DNA of 64,000 nt from Octopus vulgaris (GCA_951406725.2 OX597822.1:5890001-5954000), one strand, 5' to 3'; shown: positions 27,107 to 41,590, counted from the first letter of the stretch. Notes: generated from the sequence alone by a model not told the origin. Numbers and translations are program-made.

Positions 27107-27306
27107 ACCTTCTCCTTCAAGTGGCTGCGACTGAGAAACTCTACCTACCTACCTACCTATCTATATCTACATATACACAAATTTTTATGTTACAGGCACT
27201 TGGCACACAACACCCAATACATAAAGATGTACCCAAATATCAGCTGCAAAAGTTTGCTCCCCTGTTCATATGTACATATGCAAAAACACTTACATATACA
27301 AATATG

Positions 27307-28035
27307 TACAAGGTACATTGCAGAAGTTTTGAGACTTTTCCAGGACAGACATTTATTAATTTCAAAGCCTCCTTCAGCTTCTCCTTCAATTTGGGAAACA
27401 ACCAAAAGTCATAAGGAGCAAGGTCCACACTGTAGGGAGAGTGACAGACCGTTTTGGTGCTTGTCTCTGTCAAGTAGTTGTTGTTTACCTGGATGGAATT
27501 GTGGGCTGATGCAGTGTCCTGGTGCAGGTGCTCTGGCCCTTTGCGATGAAATCATCACTTCCTGAATCCCCTCAAAATCTCCACTCAATACTCATTGTTG
27601 TCTGTCTGGTTAAAGAGGACCTGGAGAGTGTATAAGATGCTCTTGCTGTCAAAATAGGGTATCATTATGAGTTTCCCAGTGGACTTACTTGCCTGACCTT
27701 TTGTTCCAAAGAAAATCAGATGCACAGCTCATGCAAGTTAATTCATAAGTAGTCTGGAGCATTCCATAAATTCCTGCAGCCTTTTTACTCAGTTTAATAC
27801 AAGACTTTATATGGTAGCTTCCAAATTGTCTTCATGTCCTGACTGACTTCTGCAAGCTAGTTAGCTGTGACAAGTAGGTTTAGTAGGGTGTGTTCACAGT
27901 GCTGTTACAGCCGTCTCCTTCAATCTGGAATAACAAAAGATGACAGGTCAGCTTATGAGATGCGTAGTAATAATATACTCAAATTATGATAACCTTGGTC
28001 TCAAAACTTCTGAAATGTCTGAAATGCACCTTCAT
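27307..28035 (-). mobile_element. Internally deleted mariner element
   Basis: [20 protein letters not shown]; TIR AAGGTACATTGCAGAAGTTTTGAGAC with its complement at about 27999-28033. Confidence 0.8.
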
Positions 28036-28368
28036 GTATAAGATGCTCTTGCTGTCAAAAAAGGGGATCATAATGAGTTTCCCAGTGGACTTACTTGCCT
28101 GACCTTTTGTTCCAAAGAAAATCGGATGCATAGCTCATGCAAGTTAATTTATAAGTAGTCTGGAGCATTTCATAAATTTGTGTATATGTAGATATAGATA
28201 GGTAGGTAGATAGGTAGGTAGGTAGGTAGAGTTCTCAGTCGCAGCTACTTGAAGGAGAAGGTATACACACATATATATATATATACATATATATACATAT
28301 ATATATATACATATATATATATATGTATATATATATATATTTATATATATATATATATAATTGTGATT

Positions 28369-28414
<46 letters not shown>

Positions 28415-29749
28415 TATATAAGATGCTCTTGCAAACATACTCATGCCACCACACACACATACACATGCATGCACACACACACACACACACATACGCACAC
28501 ACACACACACACATGCTCATGCATGCACACACACACAAGAATGTTCAAGTGTTATTTGAACCCTGGAAGAACAAAATGTGAACTTGGTTCTGGAGAGATA
28601 TTCAAAATCAAAACCTCAACTGACAAAACTAAACCCTCTAATGCATTTAGTATGGATCTCATCCATTTCTGTCAGCTCGTTAAACCCATACTAATTACGA
28701 TAATAATTCTCTTTGAAAGAAGCACAAGGTCTGATATTTGGGGGCAGGGGTGGTCAATTACATCGACCCCAATACTTGACTGGTATTTATTTTATCAAGG
28801 CAAAGTTGACCGTGACAGAATTTTAACACATAATGGTCACAATGCTTCTGAGCATTATGTCCAGTGTTCTAACAATTCTATCAGCTTACTGCCTTACCAA
28901 TTATGATACTAATGATTTCTAAGGTAGACGTATGTCCACAATATTTTATTGGGGTGGTGGTGGTAGTAGTGGTTTGGTTGGAAACAGACAAAACTGTCTC
29001 ACACCTCCTTATCTATTTTACAAAATTACTTTGTTGTTTTTCTTTCAGTTTTGAAACCCTTTTGTATTCTAATCTTCCATTTGTTCTCATTCTGAGAGAA
29101 AATAACATTAAGGGGTTAAATCTGATAGTTTATATATATTTTCTTCCCCCTTGAGAGAACAAAAAATGTCAATTTTTATTTATTTATTCCTTTGTTTACT
29201 TATCGTAATTGTATTTATCTATTTTTGTCTTATCAGAACATTGGTAAATCTACTCAAGTTTTAATAGTTTTTTTTTTCTGAGAACCTTATATTCTTTTTA
29301 CTTTTAAACTGAAATAATCTTTATTTCAGAGTTGTACTTTTCTAGTAGATGACTTGATCAGAAATCATCTGTCGAAACTGAAGCATTTATATTATGAAAG
29401 AGTCAATCTCGCCCTTAAATAACACCCCACATCCTCTGTTAAATTCACCTTAAATATATTTCACAAGCTATGAAGGATCAACATGTTTGTTGCACAACTG
29501 ATTCAGTGGTTAGGTTACAGATGTGTGATGAACATTTTGACTCCCCCCCCACCTTCATACAATAAATTTAAATTTAAAGTGAATTTAAAAGTATTGTATG
29601 TTGTTAAAGGGTCAGAAGGGCTCTTGCACAGTCCTTATTTGCTTTCTAGCTAAAGTCTATAATTATCAAAGAACAGAGTGACCACACAACTGAATTCTAA
29701 TTCTTCCTCTGTCAGTTTGAATTTATACCTATGTCAGTACTTTATTTTA

Positions 29750-30017
29750 TTCATCATTGTCATCATCATAATCATCATCATCATCATTGTCATCATCATC
29801 ATCATTATCGTCATCATCGTCATCATCGTCATCATCATTATCATCATCATCATCATCATCATCGTCATCATCGTCATCATCGTCATCATCATTATCATCA
29901 TTATCATCATCATCATCATCATCGTCATCATCGTCATCATCATTATCATCATCATCATCATCATCTTCATCATTGTCATCATAGTCATCATTGTCATCAT
30001 CGTCGTCATCGTCATTG

Positions 30018-30065
<48 letters not shown>

Positions 30066-30100
30066 CTGTCATTGTCGTCCTCGTCATCATCATCATCATC
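29750..30100. repeat. (CAT)n microsatellite (tail of an RTE 3' fragment)
   Basis: Directly visible. Confidence 0.95.
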
Positions 30101-30826
30101 TCTAATGTCCGCGTTCCATGCTGGAATGGGTTGAATGGCTTGACAGGAACCAATGTGTCCTAGGAAAGCATCATGCTCTAATGTCTACTCTGGTATGGTT
30201 TCTACAGCTGGATGCCCTTCCTAATGCCTTCCACTTTACAGAGTAGACTGGATGCATTTTTTTTGTGACCTGCATTATTGAGGTTGTCATGAAGTTCACA
30301 GAACTACAAACCCTGGGATAGGTGTGTGTGTGTGTGTACAGAGGAGTCAGCTTTATGCTTAAGGATGAAGGGATTACTATAAGAGTGATTGTGGTTGTCG
30401 GAGAGGAGAGCAGGTTCCTGTTTATTGATCTCAAAATATAAAAGATACAGTCATTATAGACAGGATTTGAACCTAGAACTTAAGGGCTTACACCTTATTG
30501 ATTCAACAAATCCACTGCATTGATTATTTGATTCTTACTTTCTGTATATTTTTTTTTAGCCAAAAGCAAAGGGTAGTTCCTATAACCTTTTACAGAGTTT
30601 TTGAGACTGGTGGAAAGATGAGAGAAAGGTAACCTTAAACTGAAGCCCTCAGTTTGCCAAACCTGGTCAAACTGTCCAAGCCATTTCAGCATGAACAATA
30701 AATGATGATGAGATGATGATGATTTACATATGCACAAATGGCTGTGTATGTGTGAGAGAGAGAGATAGATAGATAGATAGATAGATGGATAGATAGAAAG
30801 ATAGATAGATAGATAGATAGAGAGAT

Positions 30827-30897
<71 letters not shown>

Positions 30898-31035
30898 AAG
30901 AGACTTGTGCTGTTCTATAAGATATTTGAAGGAAAGAAAACTGCACCAAAACATACTTTTATATTGCCGATAACTACAATCATCACTATCATCAACGTCA
31001 TCATTAAACATGTGTGTGCGTGTGTGTGTGTGTTT

Positions 31036-31072
<37 letters not shown>

Positions 31073-31554
31073 TGTGTCTGTTCAAATTACATATTCAAAC
31101 CATATTTATGAAAGGAAGACAAATGTTGCTGCTAAGTGTTCGAGAAGTCACAAAGGAAAACTCTGAACCCAGCGCATGCATATTCAAACTAAATCTACCA
31201 AACGATGACATTCCCACTGTTACGATGAATAAATACGGACAGGAAAATCCTAGACCCATCACACATATGCAAACAGACACACACACACACACACATGTAC
31301 TCATACAGAAGGGACAAGGTCCCTATGGGAGCGAAGAGTGTGAACATGAGGTGAATGGGAAGATATTTGAAATTACTGCAGTTGTTGCTGCTGATGATGA
31401 TGGTGATGTTGATGAAAATGATGATACTGACCAGTGGTTCTTGACCATTTTTTTTACCTGTGAATTCCTTTGTTTCCTATTTTATTCAGGTGAACCCTTA
31501 TAACTATTCCATGTTTAAAAAGCCTGCTATAGTTTCATTATTAGATAATAATAA

Positions 31555-31810
31555 AAAATAAATGCACCCTTTTAAAGCCTAGCCAGTCTCGTGGTCCTGG
31601 TTTCCCAGTTTCAATGGCATAAGTGTTCCTCAGCTGGACAGGATACCAGTCCATTGCAGCGTTACTCGTTTTTGCCAGCTGAGTGGACTGGAGCAACGTG
31701 AAATGAAGTGTTTTGCTCAAGAGCAAAACGCGTCGCCCGGTCCAGGAATCGAAACCACAATCTTACGATCATGGTGCTGACACCCTAACCACTAAGCCAT
31801 GTGCCTCCAT
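31555..31810 (-). mobile_element. SINE family B
   Basis: Reverse-complement match to the head and core of 19935-20253. Confidence 0.85.
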
Positions 31811-31869
31811 TCATTATTAAATACTGATTTCAAATTTTGGCACAAAGCCAGCAATTTCCAGTTTATTAA

Positions 31870-32396
31870 CACTTCGTAGGCTGGTGAAGTCCCTTGAGAT
31901 CGTAACAAATTTTAAAAGTTATGCAACTTTTACATTTTTTTTAATTTAAATGATTTTACATCTCATGACTTTTATTGTCAATAGTTTATGAATGCACATA
32001 CAAATTTTGAATTAAAAATTTCCAGTCACGTGGATGTTATAGCATAAAATATGGTCATTAGGGTCCAACTGGACCCCATTGGTCTTGTGTGAAATTATTG
32101 TTTTCTGTTCTTTTTCAGATATTCTGATCAACTAAATTGTACTTCATAACTGTACTGCTATGAATCGGTATACATTTTTCTTTTATTTTTTTTGTTTCAT
32201 TTTATATTTAGTGCTATATATATAGTTTATAAAACTATTAAAAAAAAGTGCTAAATTTCTTGTTCTGTACCATGCATTTACACATATGTAAAAGATGAAA
32301 CAAATGTTACTTTATGGATAGTGCTGAAATCCTCAAAAATAAAAAGGGTCCTTAATGGCCTTTTGTGTAATTCCAACCCTGCCAGCTCACAAAGGG
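31870..32396. mobile_element. piggyBac-type MITE
   Basis: TTAA on both sides; TIR CACTTCGTAGGCTGG vs CCCTTTGTGAGCTGG (11/15). Confidence 0.65.
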
Positions 32397-32491
32397 TTAA
32401 ATCAACTCCAACATGGTAGTTATTTCATTGACCTCCAAAAGGACGAAAGACAAAGTCATCCTTGGTGGAATTTGAATTCAGAATTAAATAT

Positions 32492-32897
32492 TACTCTTTT
32501 ACTCTTTTACTTGTTTCAGTCATGTGACTGCAGCCATGCTGGAGCACCGCCTTTAGTCGAGCAAATCGACCCCTAGGACTTATTCTTTGTAAGCCTAGTA
32601 CTTATTCTATCGATCTCTTTTGCCGAACCACTAAGTTACAGGGACGTAAACACACCAGCATCAGTTGTCAAGCGATCTTGGGGGGACAAACACAGACACA
32701 CAAACACACACACACATATATATATACATATATACGACGGGCTTCTTTCAGTTTCCGTCTACTAAATCCACTAACAAGGCTTTTGTCGGCCCAAGGCTAT
32801 AGCAGAAAACACTTGCCGAAGGTACCACACAGTGGGACTGAACCCGGAACCTTGTAGTTCAAAAGCAAGCTACTTACCACACAGCCACTCCTATGCC
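32492..32897 (-). mobile_element. SINE family A
   Basis: Full-length reverse-complement match. Confidence 0.9.
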
Positions 32898-33263
32898 TTT
32901 GGAAATTGTATACAAAAATTGCTAAAATATTTTTTGTATTGTACTGTAGGAGTACAACCAATTTATTACATATAAATTTTAACAGCAAAATCTTATATAG
33001 ACCCTAAAGGTCATATGATCCCTGGCTGAGAACCTCTGATATAGATAATTGTTTCTTATTTAGGAACAAGTTCAACAATTTTTGAGGGAAGAGGTTTAGC
33101 CCATTTCATTGACCCTAGAATGTGACTGGTATTTTTATTGATCCAAGAAAGATGAAATGCAAATTTGAACCCTCAGAACATTATGAGCCATAACATGTAC
33201 CACATTAAAGATTTTGTCAATCTTTTGATGGTATTGGTGGTATTGATGATGGTATTGTTAACG

Positions 33264-33680
33264 AAGGCACCAAACTGGCAGAATCGTTAGCATGCCGGGT
33301 GAAATGCTTAGCGGTATTTTGTCTGCCGCTACGTTTTGAGTTCAAATTCCGCCGAGGTCGACTTTGCCTTTCATCCTTTCGGGGTCGATTAAATAAGTAC
33401 CAGTTATGCACTGGGGTCGATATAATCGACTCAATCCGTTTGTCTGTCCTTGTTTATCCTCTCTGTGTTTAGCCCCTTGTGGGTAGTAAAGAAATAGGTA
33501 TTTTGTCTGCCGCTATGTTCTGAGTTCAAATTCCGCTGAGGTCGACTTTGCCTTTCATCCTTTCGGGGTTGATTAAATAAGTACCAGTTACACACTGGGG
33601 TCGATATAATCGACTTAATCCCTTTGTCTGTCCTTGTTTGTCCTCTCTGTGTTTAGCCCCTTGTGGGTAGTAAAGAAATA
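33264..33680 (+). mobile_element. SINE family C with duplicated 3' half
   Basis: Two tandem B-box/Nin/tail units; 16-bp TSD GGTATTGTTAACGAAG (33251 and 33681). Confidence 0.9.
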
Positions 33681-34217
33681 GGTATTGTTAACGAAGTGAC
33701 AAATTGGTTGAATCAGTAGAACATAACATAAAATGCCTTGTGGTATTTGTCTCAGCTCTTTGCATTCGGAGTTGAAATCCCACTGGGGCTAACTTTGCTT
33801 TCCATGTGGGGTGGTTTCGCAGAATTTTTAGCGTGTTGGATAAAATTCTTTATGATATCTATTTCAGCTCTAAGCTGGCAGAATCCTTAGCACACTGGAC
33901 AAATTGCTACTAAACATTTTGTCTGAGTTCAAATTACATTGAGGCTGGCTTTGCCTTTCATCCTTTTTTGCGGTCAATAAATTAAATGCCAGTCAACTAC
34001 GGATGCTGACGAATACAACTAGCTTCTCACCCAAAATTTCAGGTCTGGTGCCCATAGCAGAAAGGGTATTTATTCCAGCTCTTACTCTCTTAGTACCCAG
34101 GTAGGTATGGTAAATTTGTTTGTATGCAATCAACAGCAAGTTCGCTGGGTTAGCTCAACTCCCTACTGTGTCAGGAACTAATGGCTTCTTACAAATGAGA
34201 TATCAAAAAGAATTCAG

Positions 34218-34695
<478 letters not shown>

Positions 34696-34921
34696 TATCA
34701 ACAATCTAGCAGATCCCTACAGTCAGCATGTGCTACTTCCTGAATATGTGGCATCTGGTGAACCTCAGTCTTTACCAGATGTCCAGCAGATTATTGCAGT
34801 CCTTATGAAATACTCAATGTCCAGTGATTAAATAACAGCAAATATTGTTCCAGTGTAAGCCAGCTTCAATAGAACTCAATATTTTTGCTATTCTAAATCC
34901 ATGTCAGCAATAAATAAATAA

Positions 34922-35337
34922 ATAGGCGCAGGAGTGGCTGTGTGGTAAGTAGCTTGCTAACCAACCACATGGTTCTGGGTTCAGTCCCACTGCGTGGCAG
35001 CTTGGGCAAGTGTCTTCTGCTATAGCCTCGGGCCGACCAAAGGCTTGTGAGTGGATTTGGTAGACGGAAACTGAAAGAAGCCTGTCGTATATATATATAT
35101 ATATTTGTATGTGTGTGTATATGTTTGTGTGTCTGTGTTTGTCCCTCTAGCATTGCTTGACAACCAATGATGGTGTGTTTATGTCTCCGTCACTTAGTGG
35201 TTCGGCAAAAGAGACCGATAGAATAAGTACTGGGCTTACAAAGAATAAGTCCCGGGGTTGATTTGCTTGACTAAAGGCGGTGCTCCAGCATGGCTGCAGT
35301 CAAATGACTGAAACAAGTAAAAGAGTAAAAGAGTAAA
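34922..35337 (+). mobile_element. SINE family A
   Basis: Full-length match. Confidence 0.9.
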
Positions 35338-36179
35338 TGAATAAACCAAATAAAATAAAATATATCATAGAACAAAACCTAGTAATAAAAAGTGTGCCTG
35401 TGGGTAGGGGCAGGCATACTGCATGGTAATAAGTTTGCTTCACAATTACATGGTTTTGGGTTCAGTCCCACTATGTGGTACCTTGAGTAAGTGCCTTCTA
35501 CTATTGCTAAGGGCCAACCAAAGCCTTGTCAGTAGGTTAAGTAGTCAGATACTCAAAGAAGTCTGTACTTATTTGAAGTCTGTGTGTGTATTTAATCTAA
35601 TGGTTTCTTTGCTGAACTGCCAAGTTTTAGGGATATAAGCAAACCAAAACTAATTGTCAAGTAGTGGCATACACACACACCACATATTCTACATGATTTC
35701 AGCCTCCCAAATTCACTTACAAAGCATTGATTGGTTTAGAGCTCTACTAGAAGACACCTGTACTATGTGCTGCACAATATGAATGAACTTGGAACCATGT
35801 GACTGCAAAGTAAATATTAATTTTACTAACTGTCTATCTTTTCTATGTTGTTTATATCCTGAACCTGTTTTTGTGTCATTCTAACCTCCTCGGAGAGTTT
35901 GTAGCACCAGAGATGTGTAATTTTGCCTATTAACTGTTTGTTTTTCATAGAATAGTGAATTTTGGTTAATCTTTATACTCTGCATTTTCTTTCTGAGGAG
36001 GGATTTTATTGTCATTTAGAAGAAAATGTTCCTCTTATCCCTTTTCCATAATTTTATGTTATGTCATTTTATGATTTTCTCTATTCTTTTCTTCTGGTAT
36101 TTTCATCTGTGATCATTTCTTTCTCATCATGCAATAAAAGTGTTGCATTACAAGTTGGTATTGTTAGGGAACAAATTTT

Positions 36180-36620
36180 TACTCCAGCCCATCCAAAGTA
36201 CCTTGGATTGCAGAATGACCTGCTGTGCTTGAGGAGACCTATTGTGTCAAGTACATCAACATCAAAATAAATATCAAATGGAAATTGTAGTTGTGATACC
36301 TGTGCCTGTGGCACGTAAAAAGCACCATCCGAACGTGGTTGATGTCAGCGCTGACTTGATTGGCTTCTGTGCCGGTGGCACGTAAAAAGCACCAACCTAT
36401 CATGGCCACTTCCAGCCTCCCCTGGCACCTGTGCCAGTGGCACGTAAAAACCACCCACTACACTCACGGAGTGGTTGGCATCAGGAAAGGCATCCAGCTG
36501 CAGAAACACTGCCAGATCAGACTGGAGCCTGGTGCAGCCTCCTGGCTTCCCAGACAGCAGTCGAACCGTCCAACCCATGCTAGCACAGAAAACGGACGTT
36601 AAACGATGATGATGATGATG
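36180..36620 (+). mobile_element. RTE-type LINE 3' UTR fragment
   Basis: GGCACGTAAAAA repeats, GGAAGGCATCCAGC motif and (GAT)n tail. Confidence 0.8.
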
Positions 36621-37374
36621 ATATTTGTGATAAAGGTATTTCTTTTACTATCCCTAGAGTTTTTGCTGCTGGTACCCTGCAAACTAGGATCAATTGTTCT
36701 TTTTGTTGTTGCCACTGCTTTTCATCATTTTTGGTTTCTTTGTTTTTTACTAAGTCTTTCCAGTTTGTTGGGATATTCAACTATGGGATGTGTTTTATTC
36801 CAACAAATATAATAACAAAGCTTTCTACTCTGTTTATTTTGTCTCATGCCCTTTTGTCTCAGACACTTCTACTAGGCAAAATTCCAATATCATTCTATGA
36901 ATTTCAGGGACATGGGGGATTGTACGTCTATTTTGACACTCTCTGAAAGCAAGTCACCTTTCATTAAACCTGTTTTGACCCCTTTCCCATACTGCAACAG
37001 AAAAGTGACCACTAGCTATGAAACTACATCATACCCTGAGATAAATACAAACAAAATTTACCAGACCTACCTGGGTACTAAGAAAGTAAGAGCTGGAATA
37101 AATATCCTTTCTGCTATGGGCACAAATGCTGACGATATCAGCTTGTGTTTTGACTACCCTTTACTCAAAAAGTACAACAGAAATATCCATAGCTTTTTCC
37201 ATTTTCAATTGCAAAAACTGCTGACACACCCTAAAGAGCCTTTTGTATTATTTGATATGCAGAAAGATTTTGTCAATTTCCACCTTTTTAAAGCAGAGAT
37301 ATATGATTTTTCTCTTTGTCCCAGCATGGATTAGCTAGAACAAAAAACAAATACAAATAAAATTAACCTCATTT

Positions 37375-37970
37375 CTCAACTGGTACCTATTTTATTGGCC
37401 CTCAAAGGATGAAAGGCAAAGTTGACCTTGGGGGAATTTGAGCCCAGAACATAAGGACAAATGAAATGCCCTGAAGTATTTTATTCAGCTTATTAACAAT
37501 TCTTATTTCTTTACTGCCCACAGGGGGCCACACACAGAGGGGACAAACAAGGACAGACAAACGGATTAAGTAAATTACATCAACCCCAGTGATTTACTGG
37601 TACTTAATTTATCGACTCTGAAAGGATGAAAGACAAAGTCGACCTCAGTGGAATTTGAACTCAGAATGTAGCGACAGACGAAATACTGCTAAGCATTTCT
37701 CCCGGCATGCTAACGATTCTGCCAGCTCACCACCTTAATAATCACATTAATAATAATCCTTTCTTATATAGACACCAAACCTGAAATTTTGAGGGAAGGG
37801 GCCAGTCAATACATCAAGCCCAATGCTTAACTGGTAATTATTTCATCGATCCCCCAAGGGATGAAAGGTAAGTCGACCTAGGCAGAATTTGAACTCAGAA
37901 CTTTAAGATGGATGAAATGCTGCTAAGCATTTGTCCAGCGTATTAATAATTCTGCTTGCTTACCACCTTA
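37375..37970 (-). mobile_element. Cluster of SINE family C copies
   Basis: Reverse-complement matches to 33264-33680. Confidence 0.8.
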
Positions 37971-37977
37971 GTAAGTA

Positions 37978-38380
37978 TTACTTGTTTCAGTCATTTGACT
38001 GTGGCCATGCTGGGGTACCACCTTGAAGGGTTTTAGTCAAAAAAAAAATCAACCCCAGTACTTATTTTTTAAAGTCTAGTACTTATTCTATTGGCCTCTT
38101 TTGCTAAGCCACTAAGTTATGGGGATGTAAACACCTCACCACCGGTTGTCAAGAGGTGGTGTGAGAAGGGACAAACTCAGACACAGAGACACACTCACAT
38201 AGATATATACATGTGTGTATAAACATGATTGGCTTCTTTCAGTTCCTGCCTACCAAGTACACAAACAAGGCTTTGGTTGGCCCAAGGCTGTAACAGAAGA
38301 CACTTGCTCAAGGTTCTATGAAGTGGGACTGAACCTGGAACCATGTGGTTGAGAAGCAAGCTACTTACCATGCAGCCACA
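37978..38380 (-). mobile_element. SINE family A (older subfamily)
   Basis: Reverse-complement match. Confidence 0.85.
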
Positions 38381-38393
38381 TATATATTTTCAT

Positions 38394-38582
38394 CATGTTG
38401 AACCATTAATCCCTACAAATTTTTTTCTCTCTCTGTTTTTTTTCCCTCTCAGTCCTTTCTGTTGAAGATTGTTGGCTCAAAACGTAGAAGATTTTTTCCA
38501 TTCTTCTCAAGCATTAAACTAATACACCTGCTTGTTCTTCCTTCACCTGTCTTCATCTTTTGTTTTCTGTAAAATTGAACTA
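38394..38582 (+). mobile_element. (TA)n-inserted module with decayed minimal HHR
   Basis: CTGTTGA-A-GATT GTTG GCTC-AAAA-CG-TA-GAAGA; homologous to 17784-17965. Confidence 0.7.
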
Positions 38583-38587
38583 TATGC

Positions 38588-38618
<31 letters not shown>

Positions 38619-38621
38619 CAT

Positions 38622-38850
38622 ATGCCTGAAGTCAGAACGCCATGATAGATCGTTAGCTCCTACATGCATTTTTTTCTCTCCTTGTTTCTCTCCTTGTTTC
38701 TTTTCTGCGTATCTTTCTGTTGAAGAGCGTAGGCTCGAAATGTAAAAGACTTGTTTTATTTCTATTCCTGAGCGCCATACTAATACATTTGTTTGTTTGT
38801 ACTCCACCTGCCTTCGTCTTTTGTTTATTTTCGTAAACCTTCCCGTTATA
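38622..38850 (+). mobile_element. (TA)n-inserted module with minimal HHR (variant core)
   Basis: TCTTT-CTGTTGA-A-GAGC GTAG GCTC-GAAA-TG-TA-AAAGA (38712-38749). Confidence 0.8.
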
Positions 38851-38919
<69 letters not shown>

Positions 38920-39317
38920 TCTTTTATTCTTTTACTTGTTTCAGTCATTTGACTGTGGCCATACTGGAGCACCACCTTTTAGTTGAAGAAATAGATCCTA
39001 GGACTTATTCTTTGTAAGCCTGGTATTTATTCTATTGGTCTCTTTTGCTGAACTGCTTATTAATGGGGACATAAAGACACCAACATCGGTTGTCAGGCAA
39101 TGGAGTAGGGAAGAAACACAGACACAAAGACACACATACATAAACACACACACACACACACACACGATGGGCTTCTTTCAGTTTACGTTTACCAACTCCA
39201 CTCACAAGGCTTTGATTGGTTCAAGACTATTGTAAGAGACACTTGCCCAAGGGGCCATGTAGCGGGACTGAACCCAGAACCATGTGGTTGGGAAGCAAGC
39301 TTCTTACCACATAACCA
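38920..39317 (-). mobile_element. SINE family A
   Basis: Reverse-complement match. Confidence 0.85.
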
Positions 39318-39629
39318 TAAATATATATACACACTTGTTCTCACCATGTATATCTTGGTGAGCTGGTCAACTTAAATTCCCTATTTGCCCAACTATTTGT
39401 TTCCCTAAAAGTACCTGAAGGTGGTGGGTTTTAGTCATGATGTAAACTAAGTGCTCATTAATAAAATGCTACTGAAACAGCTGTTGTGAATTTGAAACTC
39501 CGTTTGTGTTCTTCCTCTATAAATACACACACACACATGCATGCACACACACACAGACACACAGACACATACACACACACACTCACACGCTCCCACACAC
39601 ACACGCCCCCACACACACATATTTCTTTT

Positions 39630-40026
39630 CTCTTTATCTTTTATCTTCTATTTGTTTGAGTTATCTGACTGTGGCCTTGCTGGGGCACCACCGTGAAGAG
39701 TTTTGGTTGAACAAATCAACTCCAGAACTTATTTTTAAAGCTTAGTACTTATTCTATCGATCTCTTTAGCCACACCACTTAGTTACAGGGATGGAAACAC
39801 ACCAACACCGGTTGTCAAGTAATGGTGGAGGGACAAACATAGACACACAGACACATACACACACACAATGGGCTCCTTTCAGTTTCCATCAACCAAATCC
39901 ACTCACAAGACTTTGGCTGGCCCGAGGCTATAGTAGAAGATACTTGCTGAAGCTGCCATGCATTGGGACTGAACTCAGAACCAGGTGGTTGGGTAGCGAG
40001 CTTCTTACCATGCAGCCACACCTGCA
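39630..40026 (-). mobile_element. SINE family A (older)
   Basis: Reverse-complement match. Confidence 0.8.
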
Positions 40027-40175
40027 CTTCCACATAGCAATACCTGCGACATGTGTGTGTGTGTGCGACTGTGCATGTGTAAATGTGTGTGTGTGCCTGT
40101 GTGTGTGCCTGTGTGTGTGTATGTGTGTGTGTGTGTATGTGTGTATGTGTGTATGTGTATGTGTGTGTGTGTGTG

Positions 40176-40264
<89 letters not shown>

Positions 40265-40269
40265 ATATG

Positions 40270-40300
<31 letters not shown>

Positions 40301-40866
40301 CTTATAATATATGCCTGAAATATTGGATAAACTTCAGAAGCTTTAAAGTGTCATAACTCACAAGTTTTATCCTTGGGTTTTATTTTCACTGCGATAGTAA
40401 ACATATTTGTTAAACATATTGTATTTGATTTCCCTATTCATATTTATCTATTATCACACTATATTCACACCATTGTCATGAAATCCCGAATGTGAACCTT
40501 ATATCTTTACATAAATTTCTTTACACTAGTAACAGTTTGTTTACATTATTCATAAGAAGCTATATTCTCCTTGAGCTTGGAGGTTGATAGGAGAAGAAAG
40601 AAATCCCTAATGAGTCTTAAGAAAATGTCAATGCTTGGACAATTCTCTCACTTTTAACTGTTAAAACTCCTGAGGCTTATCTGCTGGTAATATTTTCACA
40701 GTAAGGCTACGTTGTTATTGTACATGGTGCATATGATTTACATATAAGAATTTGTTCAACCATCTGTTGATACTTCTGTTGTCACATGTATATGTAAGTA
40801 TCTATGTGTGTGCATGTGTGTATGTGTGTAGGTATGTATGTAGGCAAATATGTATGTATATGTGTG

Positions 40867-40898
<32 letters not shown>

Positions 40899-40979
40899 TG
40901 TATGTATGTATGTATGAGTGTATGCATCTATGTGTGAGAGTGTATATATATTTGTATGTAATCCTCACCATATTCGTAT

Positions 40980-41590
40980 GTAATCCCTCACCATAGTGTG
41001 GTTCACCTATTGCAGTTCACCTATTGTAGTTCACCTATCCCGGTTCACCCGAGACCCCCTTCGGTCATGACACAGACCATGTGATTGCACCTAGAAAGTT
41101 ACCCTCCCAGGCAGAAGCCCAGGCAAGGTTGTTTATGGAAGACCAGCAGTCGCCCATGCATACCAGCCTCCCCCTCTCCACGCCACCAATGTTATCCAAG
41201 GGAAAGGCAAAGGGGGGGGAGGCAGATACAGCTTGGCACATGTAATGTCGCAACTCATTTCTACAGCTGAGTGAACTGGAGCAACATGAAATAAAGTGTC
41301 TTGTTCAAGAAAGAAACACGCAGCCCGGTCTGGGATTCGAGCTCACAACCTCATGATCGTAAGCTCAACGCTCTAACCACTGAGCCATGTGCCGGACCAC
41401 CAATCGCGATTTATTATTAAACTTATGTTGATTCCTCTGTGGTGTTGTTTTGCATTTTTAATAAAATAAATATACAAATTGTAAAAATAATATGAAAAAT
41501 ATACAGTACAGCATTGTTTCTGCTTTGCAAATTTTCCCATATCGCGGGGCTTTTTGGAACATAACACCCGCGATAGTCGAGGGATTACTG
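40980..41590. mobile_element. pogo/Tigger-like MITE with a nested SINE B (41052-41393, minus)
   Basis: Ends GTAATCCCTC... / ...GAGGGATTACTG-TA; GTTCACCTAT subrepeats. Confidence 0.7.

Larger units (their letters stand above)
31432..33038. mobile_element. hAT-type MITE expanded by nested insertions
   Basis: Ends CAGTGGTTCTTGACC / GGCTGAGAACCTCTG; SINE B, piggyBac MITE and SINE A lie inside; TSD poorly preserved. Confidence 0.5.

Noticed and set aside
36897-37334. 145-aa plus-strand ORF
   Set aside because: No recognisable motif, and it overlaps a duplicated SINE-tail segment
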